A program made the translations under genes and the position numbers. 64,000 nt of DNA, from contig CAVWVQ010000001.1 in the NCBI GenBank assembly GCA_963758525.1, positions 288,001 to 352,000 on the forward strand, in the 5' to 3' direction. Positions 22,465 to 31,887 of this stretch are shown here, piece after piece. The notes beneath the pieces are model-generated. The model was not told the DNA's origin. It saw only the letters and a program-made list of their open reading frames with translations, and did not search any database. The first letter of the stretch is position 1, and the number at the start of each line of letters is the position of its first letter. Origin of the DNA: an uncultured Phycisphaerales bacterium (GTDB lineage: Bacteria > Planctomycetota > Phycisphaerae > Tepidisphaerales > Tepidisphaeraceae).

Positions 22465-23694
22465 GTGGCCCCGCTACGAAGTCGTGCAAGAAATTGAGGC
22501 CACGTGTTCGGCGTACCATCGTCTCATCCGCTCGTTGGTCCAGGTCCACTGGAACGGATGAGCATACCGCCGATTGTACTCGTCGGACGCGGCAGTTACA
22601 TGGTCGATGAAATGCTGGCGATCTTCCCAGGAGCCGCGGCGAAGGTAGTGCAAGCCGAAGTTGTCGACCAGCAACTCCGCTTGGTTGAGCCATGAGGCGT
22701 GAGCGGGGGTAAAGCGGGGCCGCCACCAGTGATGACACTGGGCCCAATACGCGGCGGTCTCGCCCGAGGTATGACTGGGATCTCCGTCCTGAATCAAGAA
22801 CACTCCGTGAAGACCGCGATGGCGGCTGCGGAACCTTCGCAGTTGTTCGATGTAATGTTCGGCATCCTTCTTTGCCACCACGGCGGACTCCATCCGTCCG
22901 CTATGGAGGATCAGGAACAGGAGCAGATTGACGGTCCCATGCCGGGTGTACTCAAACTCCTGCTGCTCAATCGAGCCGGGAATGGCTGGCCGGATCGGCT
23001 TTCGTTCCAGGACCTGGTGGTTGGGGACTTCGTCAACCGCGACGGTCCAGACGCCCAGGTGGGCCAAATGGGCCGCTTGGGCATAGCACCAGAGCACTTT
23101 TTCCGCACGCTGCTTAAACAATGGATCGAGTCGGGCGGTTCGCCAGTACCGGGTGCGATGCGGTTGCAAGTTCACGTCCTGCAGGATTCGCCGGACCATA
23201 CTGGGGCTGATGGTGTCGACGATTCCGTCGACGACGGCCTGATGAGCCAGGTCGGCGCTGGTCCAATGAGTCATGTGCAACCCCTCGGCAATCGGCTCCA
23301 GGCAGGCCAACTCGACAATCCGCGCCCTTTGGAGGGGGGAAAGCTGCTGGGGCCGGCCCGAGCGAGGCTGGTCCGCCAACAGTTGATCAATGCCGCTGCG
23401 CTCATACCGCCGGCAGAGTCGCCAGATGGTTGAAGGGTCGCAATGGAGGTCGGATGCGATGGTCGCAATGCATTGGCCGCCCGCGACTGCCAGGACCGCG
23501 CGGGCATGCTGCACTTGGAAGAAAGGCCGGCTCCGACTTCGGGAAACGCACTCGAGTGCCCGAACATCGTCTGCGGAAAGAATCAGCGGACAAGGCCTTC
23601 GACCGCGCATGGAAAATCCTCCGTGAATAACAAAAAGAATCCATTTACTATCTTAGCACTGCTAATTTCTTGCAGGACTTCGTAGCAGGGCCAC
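22465..23694 (-). mobile_element. IS630-family element with intact transposase (22474-23610)
   Basis: 31-bp IR with 2 mismatches (GTGGCCCYGCTACGAAGTCSTGCAAGAAATT), TA duplication; EFEYTRHGT, TPAHASWLNQAE. Confidence 0.93.
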
Positions 23695-23713
23695 TAGGAA
23701 ACTTCTAACGGGA

Positions 23714-24100
23714 TTGCGCCAAGTTAAGCTCGCGAGAGGAGGATGTCATGCAAAGCTGAAGCATTACTGAAACCTCTCTGTAGAACCTTGCGGGTGCGAA
23801 ACCCGTCCGGCACAGCCTAGCCAGCAGCCGGTAGCGAGTCTTGCGTGGGGCGCGGGCAACTGCGTGCTGCGAAGCGTAGACAGCGAGTCGTCAAGCCATG
23901 CGATTGAGCCCCGAAAGGACAGTTGAAGAAGCCACGGCCGTTCCCGTATCCGTGGCCGCGCCGGATGGAGCGCCAGAGGCGGGTTCCGCCCGATTCTTCC
24001 GGGGTCGTTGGAGCATGTGCATAGCGACGGAGGGTTCTGCGAGAACTTGGGAGATCCTGTCACCTCCACGGAATAAATGGCGGCGTGTGCAGCAGGCAGC
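23714..24100 (+). ncRNA. Group II intron 5' portion (domain I region), truncated, no RT ORF
   Basis: TTGCG start; GCGAAGCGTAGACAG, ATTGAGCCCCGAAA and GAACTTGGGAGATCC motifs typical of bacterial group IIB introns. Confidence 0.75.
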
Positions 24101-24102
24101 AG

Positions 24103-24797
24103 GAAGGCTGTTAAGGACATCCAACTTTCTTGGCGATGCTCACGTTCTCAATCGCGGCAACGGCCGGCTGGAGATCTTCCGCAAGGCGGGAGACTTCCTG
24201 GCGTTTTGCGATCTGATGGTCGACGCCAAGGAACGGGCGGAGATCGAAGTCTTCGGCTTCTGCCTGATGTCCAACCACTGGCACATGGTGGTGCGGCCGC
24301 GGCGGGATCAGGACCTGGCGAGGTACTTCTCCTGGCTGACCAATACGCACGTGAAGCGGTACCGTGCTCATTACCGTCGGACCAGCGGCCATCTGTATCA
24401 GGGCCGCTACAAGAGCTTCGTTGTCCAGGAAGATGGGCATTTGCTGACACTGCTGCGTTATGTGGAAGCCAATCCATTGCGGGCGAAGATGGTGGAGCGG
24501 GCGCAGGACTGGCACTGGTCGAGCCTGGGCTGCCAGAAAGAGCTGGCGAGACAACTGCTCGACGATTGGCCGATCGACCGCCCGCGGAACTGGACGGCGC
24601 TGGTGAACGAGCCGATGGATCCGGCCGCCGTGAAACGGGTGGCACTTAGCTTCGAGCGTGGCCGGCCGCTGGGAAGCGATCCCTGGACCCTGAAAATGGC
24701 GGGCCGGATGGGGCTGCAGTACACTCTGAATCCGAGAGGCAGGCCGAAGATCCCGGAAAAAGGCAAATAAAACGGTGGATGTCACCTTAACAGCTTC
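24103..24797 (+). mobile_element. Y1/HUH (RAYT-like) transposase unit 1 with terminal IRs; N-terminus deleted (CDS remnant 24141-24770)
   Basis: HVLNRGNGR, NHWH, RYVEANP; degenerate left IR 24103-24128, right IR 24770-24797. Confidence 0.88.
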
Positions 24798-25261
24798 CCA
24801 ACAGGCGCCTTCGAGAGTGGGACGCCGATAAAATCGGATTCAGAAACACACTGAGCGGACATTTTAACATCGGTCCGATCTTAACCCATTGGACACTGTT
24901 GGCGTACACCAGCGCCCAAGCGGCGAACTGCGCGGCCCTAGCCGCAGCAATCTGCCCAGATGGCCAAAAGCCGAAGGCGATCGATCTTGCTGCCGTGCCG
25001 GCGCTGTCTGCGGCGATTTACGCCGCTTTTCAGTCGCGTCAAGCATCGTCGTCGCTGCCAAGCATGACGGATTTTGCACTGGCTCCAGACATATACCCCG
25101 GCGGTTCGTCGGGTGAGTCATCTGGCGGGCCGACGGACTGGAATTCCATAGGGGAGGCAGCCGCCACGGGGGCGGTCGGCGCGACAGCAGTCGGTGCAGG
25201 ATTCGCACTGGGGGCCGCGCTTGAGGAAGCGGCCCCCTTCTTGGTGCTCTTGTTGCTGTAG
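24797..25261 (+). pseudogene. Start-less orphan C-terminal fragment, polymorphic-toxin tip candidate
   Basis: Frame open from the IR with no upstream ATG; Gly/Ala-rich hydrophobic C-terminus. Confidence 0.45.
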
Positions 25262-25296
25262 CAACACACTTGTGGACGTTTTGTGAGGTCGTGGAA

Positions 25297-26340
25297 ATGG
25301 AATTGTCACTCCTGTGGAGGCATTCAACCGGTGGTTGGGTAAATTCCTCACCCGCCGTCGTAGACGGTAAAGTCTTCGTGCAAAGCGACGATGGCAATCT
25401 CTACTGCATATTTCTTTGCAGCGGGAGACTTCATTGGAAAGCGTTCACGGGAAACAAGGGTGGAATGTCTTCACCGGCGGTTGCGGCTGGGCGAGTTTAT
25501 ATCGGAAGTTCGCGGGGGACCCTCGATTGCTTCAGTGCCGATGCTGGAGACCTCCTCTGGAGCTGCACGACGGGCGGTAGTATCGCGTCCTCTCCGTTGA
25601 TCGTTGATAAACGCGCGTATATTGGTTCTGAAGACGGTTACGTCTATTGTGTAGAGGCTGGCACTGGCGCACGCGTCTGGCGGGCGCAGACCGGTGGTGA
25701 GGTGAACTCAAGCCCCGCTAAGGGAAACGGCTGCGTGTTCATCGGCAGCGATGACTACTCTCTGTACTGTCTTTGCGCATACTCCGGTGCCACAATTTGG
25801 GCTCGGCAGTGCAAGTGGTGGGTGACAGCAACGCCTGCCGTTAGTGAAGAACATGTATTTATCACCTCACTTTATGACCTCGAGTGCGTTCGCGCGCTCG
25901 ACGGCACCCTGGTGTGGGGAGCCAAAGCCGAGTGCGAAATTGCCTCTTCGGTCGCGGTGGGCCGGTCACATGTTTATGCGGGTGCCCTTGACGGGCGTTT
26001 CTACGCGTTTGACCGCGTCACCGGAAGAGCCGCTTGGAGGCGCGGGAGCGGACGGCTTGACGACATGATTCAGTCGTCCGCCTCCGTCGCAGGGGGGCAC
26101 GTACTGTATGGAGGCCATGACGGTGCGCTGTACTGCTTAAGCGCGGATGATGGCGCAGTGGAGGCGCAGTATCAAATTGGCGGCGGTATAGTTTCCTCTC
26201 CAGCCATCTCGGGGGATAAGGTTGTCATCGGAAGCGATGACGGGGATGTCTACTGTCTTCAAACAGAGATACAGGCGGCGGAAGATTGGTGCTGCTTTCG
26301 TGGCAACAGCGAAAGAACAGGGCAAGGCCAAAACGAATAG
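25297..26340 (+). CDS. PQQ-like (BamB-type) beta-propeller repeat protein
   Basis: Repeated TGG..SSP.V...VYIGS.DG.LYC...G...W units. Confidence 0.88.
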   Translation: MELSLLWRHSTGGWVNSSPAVVDGKVFVQSDDGNLYCIFLCSGRLHWKAFTGNKGGMSSPAVAAGRVYIGSSRGTLDCFSADAGDLLWSCTTGGSIASSPLIVDKRAYIGSEDGYVYCVEAGTGARVWRAQTGGEVNSSPAKGNGCVFIGSDDYSLYCLCAYSGATIWARQCKWWVTATPAVSEEHVFITSLYDLECVRALDGTLVWGAKAECEIASSVAVGRSHVYAGALDGRFYAFDRVTGRAAWRRGSGRLDDMIQSSASVAGGHVLYGGHDGALYCLSADDGAVEAQYQIGGGIVSSPAISGDKVVIGSDDGDVYCLQTEIQAAEDWCCFRGNSERTGQGQNE

Positions 26341-26360
26341 CGGGCCGAAAGGGGAGAACC

Positions 26361-27035
26361 AGGTGACATCCATCTTTCCTGACGATGCTCATCCGCTGAA
26401 TATATCATGCGGCCAGGCCCCGCACTTCTCGAGCCGCGATCGGCGGTCTGGTGTATCACGTTCTCAATCGCGGCAATGGCCGGCTGGAGATCTTCCGCAA
26501 GCCGGGAGACTTCCTGGCGTTTTGCGATCTGATGGTCGACGCCAAAGAAGAGGCCGAGATCGAAGTCTTCGGCTTCTGCCTGATGTCCAACCACTGGCAC
26601 ATGGTGGTGCGGCCGCGTCGGGATCAGGACCTGGCGAGGTACTTCTCCTGGCTGACCAATACGCACGTGAAGCGGTACCGTGCTCATTATCGGCGGACCA
26701 GCGGCCATCTCTATCAGGGTCGCGCAGGACTGGCACTGGTCGAGCCTGGGCTGCCAGAAAGAGCTGGCGAGACAACTGCTCGACGATTGGCCGATCGACC
26801 GCCCGCGGAACTGGACGGCGCTGGTGAACGAGCCGATGGATCCGGCCGCCGTGAAACGGGTGGCACTCAGCTTCGAGCGTGGCCGGCCGCTGGGAAGCGA
26901 TCCCTGGACCCTGAAAATGGCGGGCCGGATGGGGCTGCAATACACTCTGAATCCGAGAGGCAGGCCGAAGATGCCGGAAAAAGGCAAATAAAAACGGTGG
27001 ATGTCACCTTAACAGCTTCTCACCTTAACAGCTTC
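26361..27035 (+). pseudogene. Y1/HUH transposase unit 2, inactivated
   Basis: Start ATG changed to AGG at 26415; 95-bp deletion removing RYVEANP; partial left IR 26361-26377; right IR 26992-27019 with 16-bp tandem duplication. Confidence 0.88.
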
Positions 27036-27036
27036 C

Positions 27037-27230
27037 CCAATTGAAGGGATCACTTGGGATGGCAGGCAAGTCGTAATCCGGCAATCGCAAATCAAGGCCG
27101 TGGGATTACTTGAGGCCGTACCTGCGGCCGACGCGGAGTTCCTAAATGCCGAATACGTGGTTGAGGCTTTCAAGAGCTGTCCAACGAGTTTAAGACCGTC
27201 GTCAGAGTTGCTCCCGTTGGCGGATTTTAG
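27037..27230 (+). pseudogene. Start-less nuclease-toxin C-terminal fragment candidate
   Basis: IEGITWDGRQVVIRQSQIKAVGLLEAVP..; one added C near 27170 gives EAFQELSNEFKTVVRVAPVGGF-stop. Confidence 0.4.
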
Positions 27231-27240
27231 CAGGCGTAAT

Positions 27241-27699
27241 ATGGAACCACCGTTTTTGAATATTTTGCGCCATCGGGCGAAAGGTGATTTTGCAATCATG
27301 AATTGGGTGCGTGATCCTAAATTTGGCTATTTTGTTGAATGGGGACAGCCAATATTCCTTCCGGCTGAATCGATGCAGTTCGATGGAATTCATGTTGTCG
27401 TCTCAAATCTGGGCTCATTCGCGGCTCGTGATCCTGCAGCGAATCCGGGGAATAGCGCGAGCCGGCTCGAAAAGATTCGATTCAATCGGGAACACGATGT
27501 GGTGCAGGTGGAACTAGTTTCGCCATTATCGCTGACGCTAAAGCCGCTTCATCGGGACGGCGGCGGTCGCTACGTGGGCGAAGCGGGCACGGCGTCCGAT
27601 AAATCGATCCGATTGCCATGTGAACCCGAGCATTTCTTCCGCGTGTTGCAAGATCGCTTCGATATCGCTAAGGAGCCAAATGCACGGAAGCGACGGTAG
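27241..27699 (+). CDS. Hypothetical protein, putative immunity protein
   Basis: 152 aa, ATG 10 nt after the toxin-fragment stop, lower GC. Confidence 0.55.
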   Translation: MEPPFLNILRHRAKGDFAIMNWVRDPKFGYFVEWGQPIFLPAESMQFDGIHVVVSNLGSFAARDPAANPGNSASRLEKIRFNREHDVVQVELVSPLSLTLKPLHRDGGGRYVGEAGTASDKSIRLPCEPEHFFRVLQDRFDIAKEPNARKRR

Positions 27700-27807
27700 G
27701 CGCCAGTGGTCTTGTTTCCGGCTGTCCGAAGTGGCGATGAATAACGCATAGTGGCCTGGGCTTGCCGACATCCGTCTCAACACTGCGCACTGATCGCGAG
27801 CGTCGCG

Positions 27808-28008
27808 ATGCAGACGACCACATTCGCCAACTACACCAACGGCAAGCCGGGCGACGTCACCGATCCGTTTGGCAACGTTACGCACAATCACTATGACAGC
27901 ACCACCGGCGATTTGCTTTCCACCACCACACAATACGGTACCGTCAGCGCCGAGATGACGTACTTCACCTACAGCGACGGCACCGGCGCAACCGCGAGCC
28001 TTCCCAAA
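27808..28008 (+). pseudogene. RHS/YD-repeat fragment cut at the left IR of unit 3
   Basis: GKPGDVTDPFGNVTHNHYDSTTGDLLSTT matches the YD-repeat pattern. Confidence 0.7.
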
Positions 28009-28771
28009 GAAGCTGTTAAGGTGACATCCATCTTTGATTGACAGACTTTTTGCCGGAGTTATGATCCAACTATGCCCCGCACGTCCCGCGCAGCTGTCGG
28101 CGGTCTTGTCTACCACGTTCTCAATCGCGGCAACGGCCGGCTGGAGATCTTCCGCAAGCCGGGAGACTTCCTGGCGTTTTGCGATCTGATGGTCGACGCC
28201 AAGGAAGAGGCCGAGATCGAAGTCTTCGGCTTCTGCCTGATGTCCAACCACTGGCACATGGTGGTGCGGCCGCGTCGGGATCAGGACCTGGCGAGGTACT
28301 TCTCCTGGCTGACCAATACGCACGCGAAGCGGTACCGTGCTCATTATCGGCGGACCAGCGGCCATCTCTATCAGGGTCGCTACAAGAGCTTCGTTGTCCA
28401 GGAAGATGGGCATTTGCTGACACTGCTGCGTTATGTGGAAGCCAATCCATTGCGGGCGAAGATGGTGGAGCGGGCGCAGGACTGGCACTGGTCGAGCCTG
28501 GGCTGCCAGAAGGAGCTGGCGAGACAACTGCTCGACGATTGGCCGATCGACCGCCCGCGGAACTGGACGGCGCTGGTGAACGAGCCGATGGATCCGGCCG
28601 CCGTGAAACGGGTGGCACTTAGCTTCGAGCGTGGCCGGCCGCTGGGAAGCGATCCCTGGACCCTGAAAATGGCGGGCCGGATGGGGCTGCAGTACACTCT
28701 GAATCCGAGAGGCAGGCCGAAGATGCCGGAAAAAGGCAGATAAAAACGGTGAATGTCACCTTAACAGCTTC
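28009..28771 (+). mobile_element. Y1/HUH (RAYT-like) transposase unit 3, intact (CDS 28072-28743) with terminal IRs
   Basis: MPRTSRAAVGGLVYHVLNRGN, HWH, catalytic Y in RYVEANP, WSS; IR GAAGCTGTTAAGGTGACATCCA at 28009, inverted copy ending at 28771. Confidence 0.92.
28038..28065 (+). promoter_or_regulatory. Putative sigma70 promoter giving a leaderless transposase mRNA
   Basis: TTGACA-N16-TATGAT, ATG 6 nt downstream. Confidence 0.6.
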
Positions 28772-28853
28772 CTGGCGAGGAATATGAGCCTGGCCCGTGA
28801 ATGACATTCGGTATGCGCAAAATGGTTAGTCGTTTGCTGCTCGACACGCAGAA

Positions 28854-29444
28854 ATGATCGCCGTGAGGGATACTATCGCGGTGTTGGACTCCGAATTGCA
28901 AACGGAAAGTGGAGAGGTGGCACGCTGGTGTCTCGCCTGTTGTGCAGTCTCGACGCTTGTTCTGCTATGGGTTGTAAGCTATTCCTATCGTTTCAGTGTT
29001 TCCTTCAATCGCTCGGGGAATTTTGCCCGTCGAGTCGAGACGAATTATGATCGCCTTAGCTGCAATCGCGGCAGGATCCTTTGGTGCCGCCAGTGGGCAC
29101 AGCCTTTCGATCCAGATCCGCACACTGCCTTTGGGTCGCTTAACTTCGAACTGATGCACCTCAAACCAGGTCTTTCAGCAGCGTTATTGCCCTCATCTTC
29201 AGATGCTACTGGACGGATCGCTGTGTTCGGGTTCGCGCATTATCGATTTCACGAGGATGGACCAAATGCGCCGTATGGCACCCGGTCCAGGACTGATGAG
29301 TGGCAATGCCCTATAGCGCTATTCGTCGTTGTCGGCTGCCTCCCGGTTGCCGCAATGATACGACGGTTTATTCGCCAGCGACGTCGAGCGGGGCGCGGGT
29401 TTGCGATTGTGCGTCAGCGGGCGCCCAAAACTAGCCGCCTATGA
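28854..29444 (+). CDS. Hypothetical membrane protein
   Basis: N- and C-terminal TM segments, Arg-rich tail. Confidence 0.6.
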   Translation: MIAVRDTIAVLDSELQTESGEVARWCLACCAVSTLVLLWVVSYSYRFSVSFNRSGNFARRVETNYDRLSCNRGRILWCRQWAQPFDPDPHTAFGSLNFELMHLKPGLSAALLPSSSDATGRIAVFGFAHYRFHEDGPNAPYGTRSRTDEWQCPIALFVVVGCLPVAAMIRRFIRQRRRAGRGFAIVRQRAPKTSRL

Positions 29445-29675
29445 GCGCTTCAAAACCAGCCACGGCACCCGCCCGGGTTCCGGTGGCATCCGAGGCAAAA
29501 CCAGCCAGCGCGCCCGCCGGGATTTTCGCTCCGCAAGTGAACTCACATGCGTCGGAGCCGAGAGGGGAAACCGTCGGGTTATCGGGCGACGTGAGGAAAG
29601 GGGGACGTGAGGAACGGGGGTGAGGGTGAGGTTGCGGTGCGAGAACAGCAGGGTTTTTTTTTGCCCGAAGGCTCG

Positions 29676-30554
29676 TCATATGCGGCTACGACGGACAAGC
29701 AAGCCAAAAGAGCCGAGCCCCAGCAACGCCAGCGAAGCAGGCTCGGGGAGGTCGGGGTCAGCGTTGTATGCCATCCCGCTGGCGGCTGTGAAGCTGAAGC
29801 CGTCGGTCATTGGGGTCACCGTGAAAAAACCGGTGTCTAAGTCGTCCATCGTGATGCCTCCACCGGTGCCCTCATGGAGATCGACGCTATAGTTTCGAAT
29901 CTGCAAGAGGTCGCCCAATACCACGGACGTACCCGACTCCAGCGTGAGGTCCACCGTCATCGTGGCGTCTTCGGGAGAATCTGAATTAAAGTTGTTGTAC
30001 GCGTCTGGATAATGATCAAGTTCGGCGACCTTGCCGATATACGGTCCCCCAAACGCAACGGACCCATTTTCGAAAAGACTCAGTGAGTTGACATAATCGG
30101 CGTAGCCATATTCCACGTATTGGTCTGACCCGTACAGCCTGGCCGACCCGTCGAAGTTAAGTGTCACCTGGAAGTCGCCACTCTGGTTGGCGGGACCAGA
30201 GATATGGAACGTGTCGAACGCGTATAAGTCAGCCCCGTTACCTCCTCCTCCAAGGTTGGGAAGCCAAGTGGTCGCCGACGAGGCGTGCAGCGCGCCATCA
30301 TTTATTGTGCCGGAGAACTGGCTGATCGTCCCGCTATTTGAAGTTAGGTTAAAGCTGTCCGAGTAAGAAAGCTGTGGCAAATTTGAAACGTTGACGCCGG
30401 GGGCCGAATCGCCGCCGACACCTCCCTGGTCAGCAAACGATATTCCGTAGAGAGGGGCCGCTCGGGCCGCTAACGGCTTCATCCACATCGCAAAGACACC
30501 AACGCCGCACAGCAGCGCGAGCGCATGCGGCGCTCTCCATCGCAGTGTAGACAT
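29676..30554 (-). CDS. PEP-CTERM sorting domain protein
   Basis: Signal peptide; C-terminal LPEPASLALLGLGSFGLLVRRSRI; GGAGGAG RBS. Confidence 0.88.
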   Translation of the reverse strand: MSTLRWRAPHALALLCGVGVFAMWMKPLAARAAPLYGISFADQGGVGGDSAPGVNVSNLPQLSYSDSFNLTSNSGTISQFSGTINDGALHASSATTWLPNLGGGGNGADLYAFDTFHISGPANQSGDFQVTLNFDGSARLYGSDQYVEYGYADYVNSLSLFENGSVAFGGPYIGKVAELDHYPDAYNNFNSDSPEDATMTVDLTLESGTSVVLGDLLQIRNYSVDLHEGTGGGITMDDLDTGFFTVTPMTDGFSFTAASGMAYNADPDLPEPASLALLGLGSFGLLVRRSRI

Positions 30555-30814
30555 TCTCTCCTCCGTATCCCTGGGCCCGATCTGCAGAACTTAGCACCAA
30601 TTCATATTTTTTTGAAAGCAGGCAACCGGCAGCCCATTGGCCCAGTACCATGCAAACCGAACAGCATCGAAATTGTTTTACAAGTTCGTCCAGAACGAGT
30701 CAAGATATGCTCAGCTCGCTGGGCGTGGGGACAATTTGGAGGGGGTGCGTTGACCGGTGATGTCCGACACATGCCCCAAATCCCCAGCGGCAATCGGCGG
30801 TCTGACAATTGAAA

Positions 30815-31410
30815 CTACCCTTGCGACCCCCTCCGGTGGCTGAACCCGGCGTAGATGAGCATGTTTCGCATCAACTCCGTGGCGCTCTTGGGCGAGTAGC
30901 CGTCTACTCCGTCCACTTTCTGCCCGACCATCCCCTCGGTGAGGTCTTCGCGGCTGTAGAAGACCTCGACACGCCCGCCATGCTGGATTGCGCGAATGCG
31001 CGGTGTCCGAACACTCCCCTCAAGGACGGAGCGGGCATAGGGACGATAGCTCACGTCCAGAATGGCCATCTTGGGGAGGTTGAATATCGGGTGGTCCGGC
31101 TGCAGCGTTTCGACAAGTCCTTTTTCCGCGTCGGCCCCAAGCGAAGTCCTCAGCTCCGCCTCGATGGAGTCGGCAAAGTCGCTGCTACCGCCGGCGGCGT
31201 CGATGATCAGCGTTCCGCCGCGGCTGATCCACTCGAGAAGCGCGGCCCGCTGATCGTCGGTCAGCTTAATTTTGGTCGTCCCGGTGAGATGGGCGACTTT
31301 GTAAGGGCCAAGAGAGCCGGCATCGAATTCTGCCGGAGTTGCGGTTAATGCGATCTTGGCCTCGTTGTGGAGAACAGCGGTCATCCGGTTCCATGCGCCA
31401 GGCTCAGGAA
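30815..31410 (-). pseudogene. DUF4159-like C-terminal fragment truncated at the end of the adjacent Y1 element
   Basis: PEPGAWNRM..GGTLIIDAAGG..F, DHPIF, YSREDLT; in-frame stop immediately upstream. Confidence 0.65.
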
Positions 31411-31887
31411 TCGCCTAACGGGACAGGTCCAATTCTTTTGCCTTTTGCTCGCTCGCCTGCCGCGCGGCCGCAACGGGCCGAGCCCCAACTGTCTCTCGGT
31501 CTTGGGGGTCCATGCGGGCGAACCGTACGGACGATTATGCCGGATCGCGTGGAAAACCGCACCCATCTCCGCGTTGGTCTGCGGCTGGTTGACCCATTCG
31601 ACCCAATCGCGACGCCGTCGGACCGGCCAGCGGCAGAGGGGAATGCGCGGCACGTCGTCGGTCGCCGGGCGCATCGACTGGCCAAGGCTGGACCATCGCC
31701 AGTCCTCTGCCCGCGTGACGATGTTGGCCCGCAGCGGATTGCGCTCAACGTATCGCACCAACGTGGAGAAGTGCGCATCGTCCTGGACGGGGAAGGACTT
31801 GTAGCGGCCCTGATAGACTGATCCATATCCCACCCGATGGCGATGTTCCACCCATCGCCGAACATGTGTGATGGTGAGCCGTTGCAA
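31381..31887 (-). pseudogene. Fourth, divergent Y1/HUH transposase, 5' truncated
   Basis: YQGRYKSFPVQ, RYVERNPLRA, WRWSS, RPRGR; HUH-containing N-terminus missing. Confidence 0.85.

Noticed and set aside
23764..24120. Minus-strand 118-aa ORF and the N-terminal 80 aa of ORF 23898-24770
   Set aside because: Both are chance translations of group II intron RNA sequence.
24103..28771. Recurrent ~22-28 bp repeats read as a CRISPR array or integron attC sites (they contain GTTAAG/CTTAAC)
   Set aside because: They alternate in orientation, are 0.7-1.6 kb apart and hug the transposase genes; there are no cas genes, no integron integrase and no attC-type internal palindrome.
23714..28771. Retron or diversity-generating retroelement
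   Set aside because: No reverse transcriptase ORF, and differences between repeat copies are not adenine-specific.
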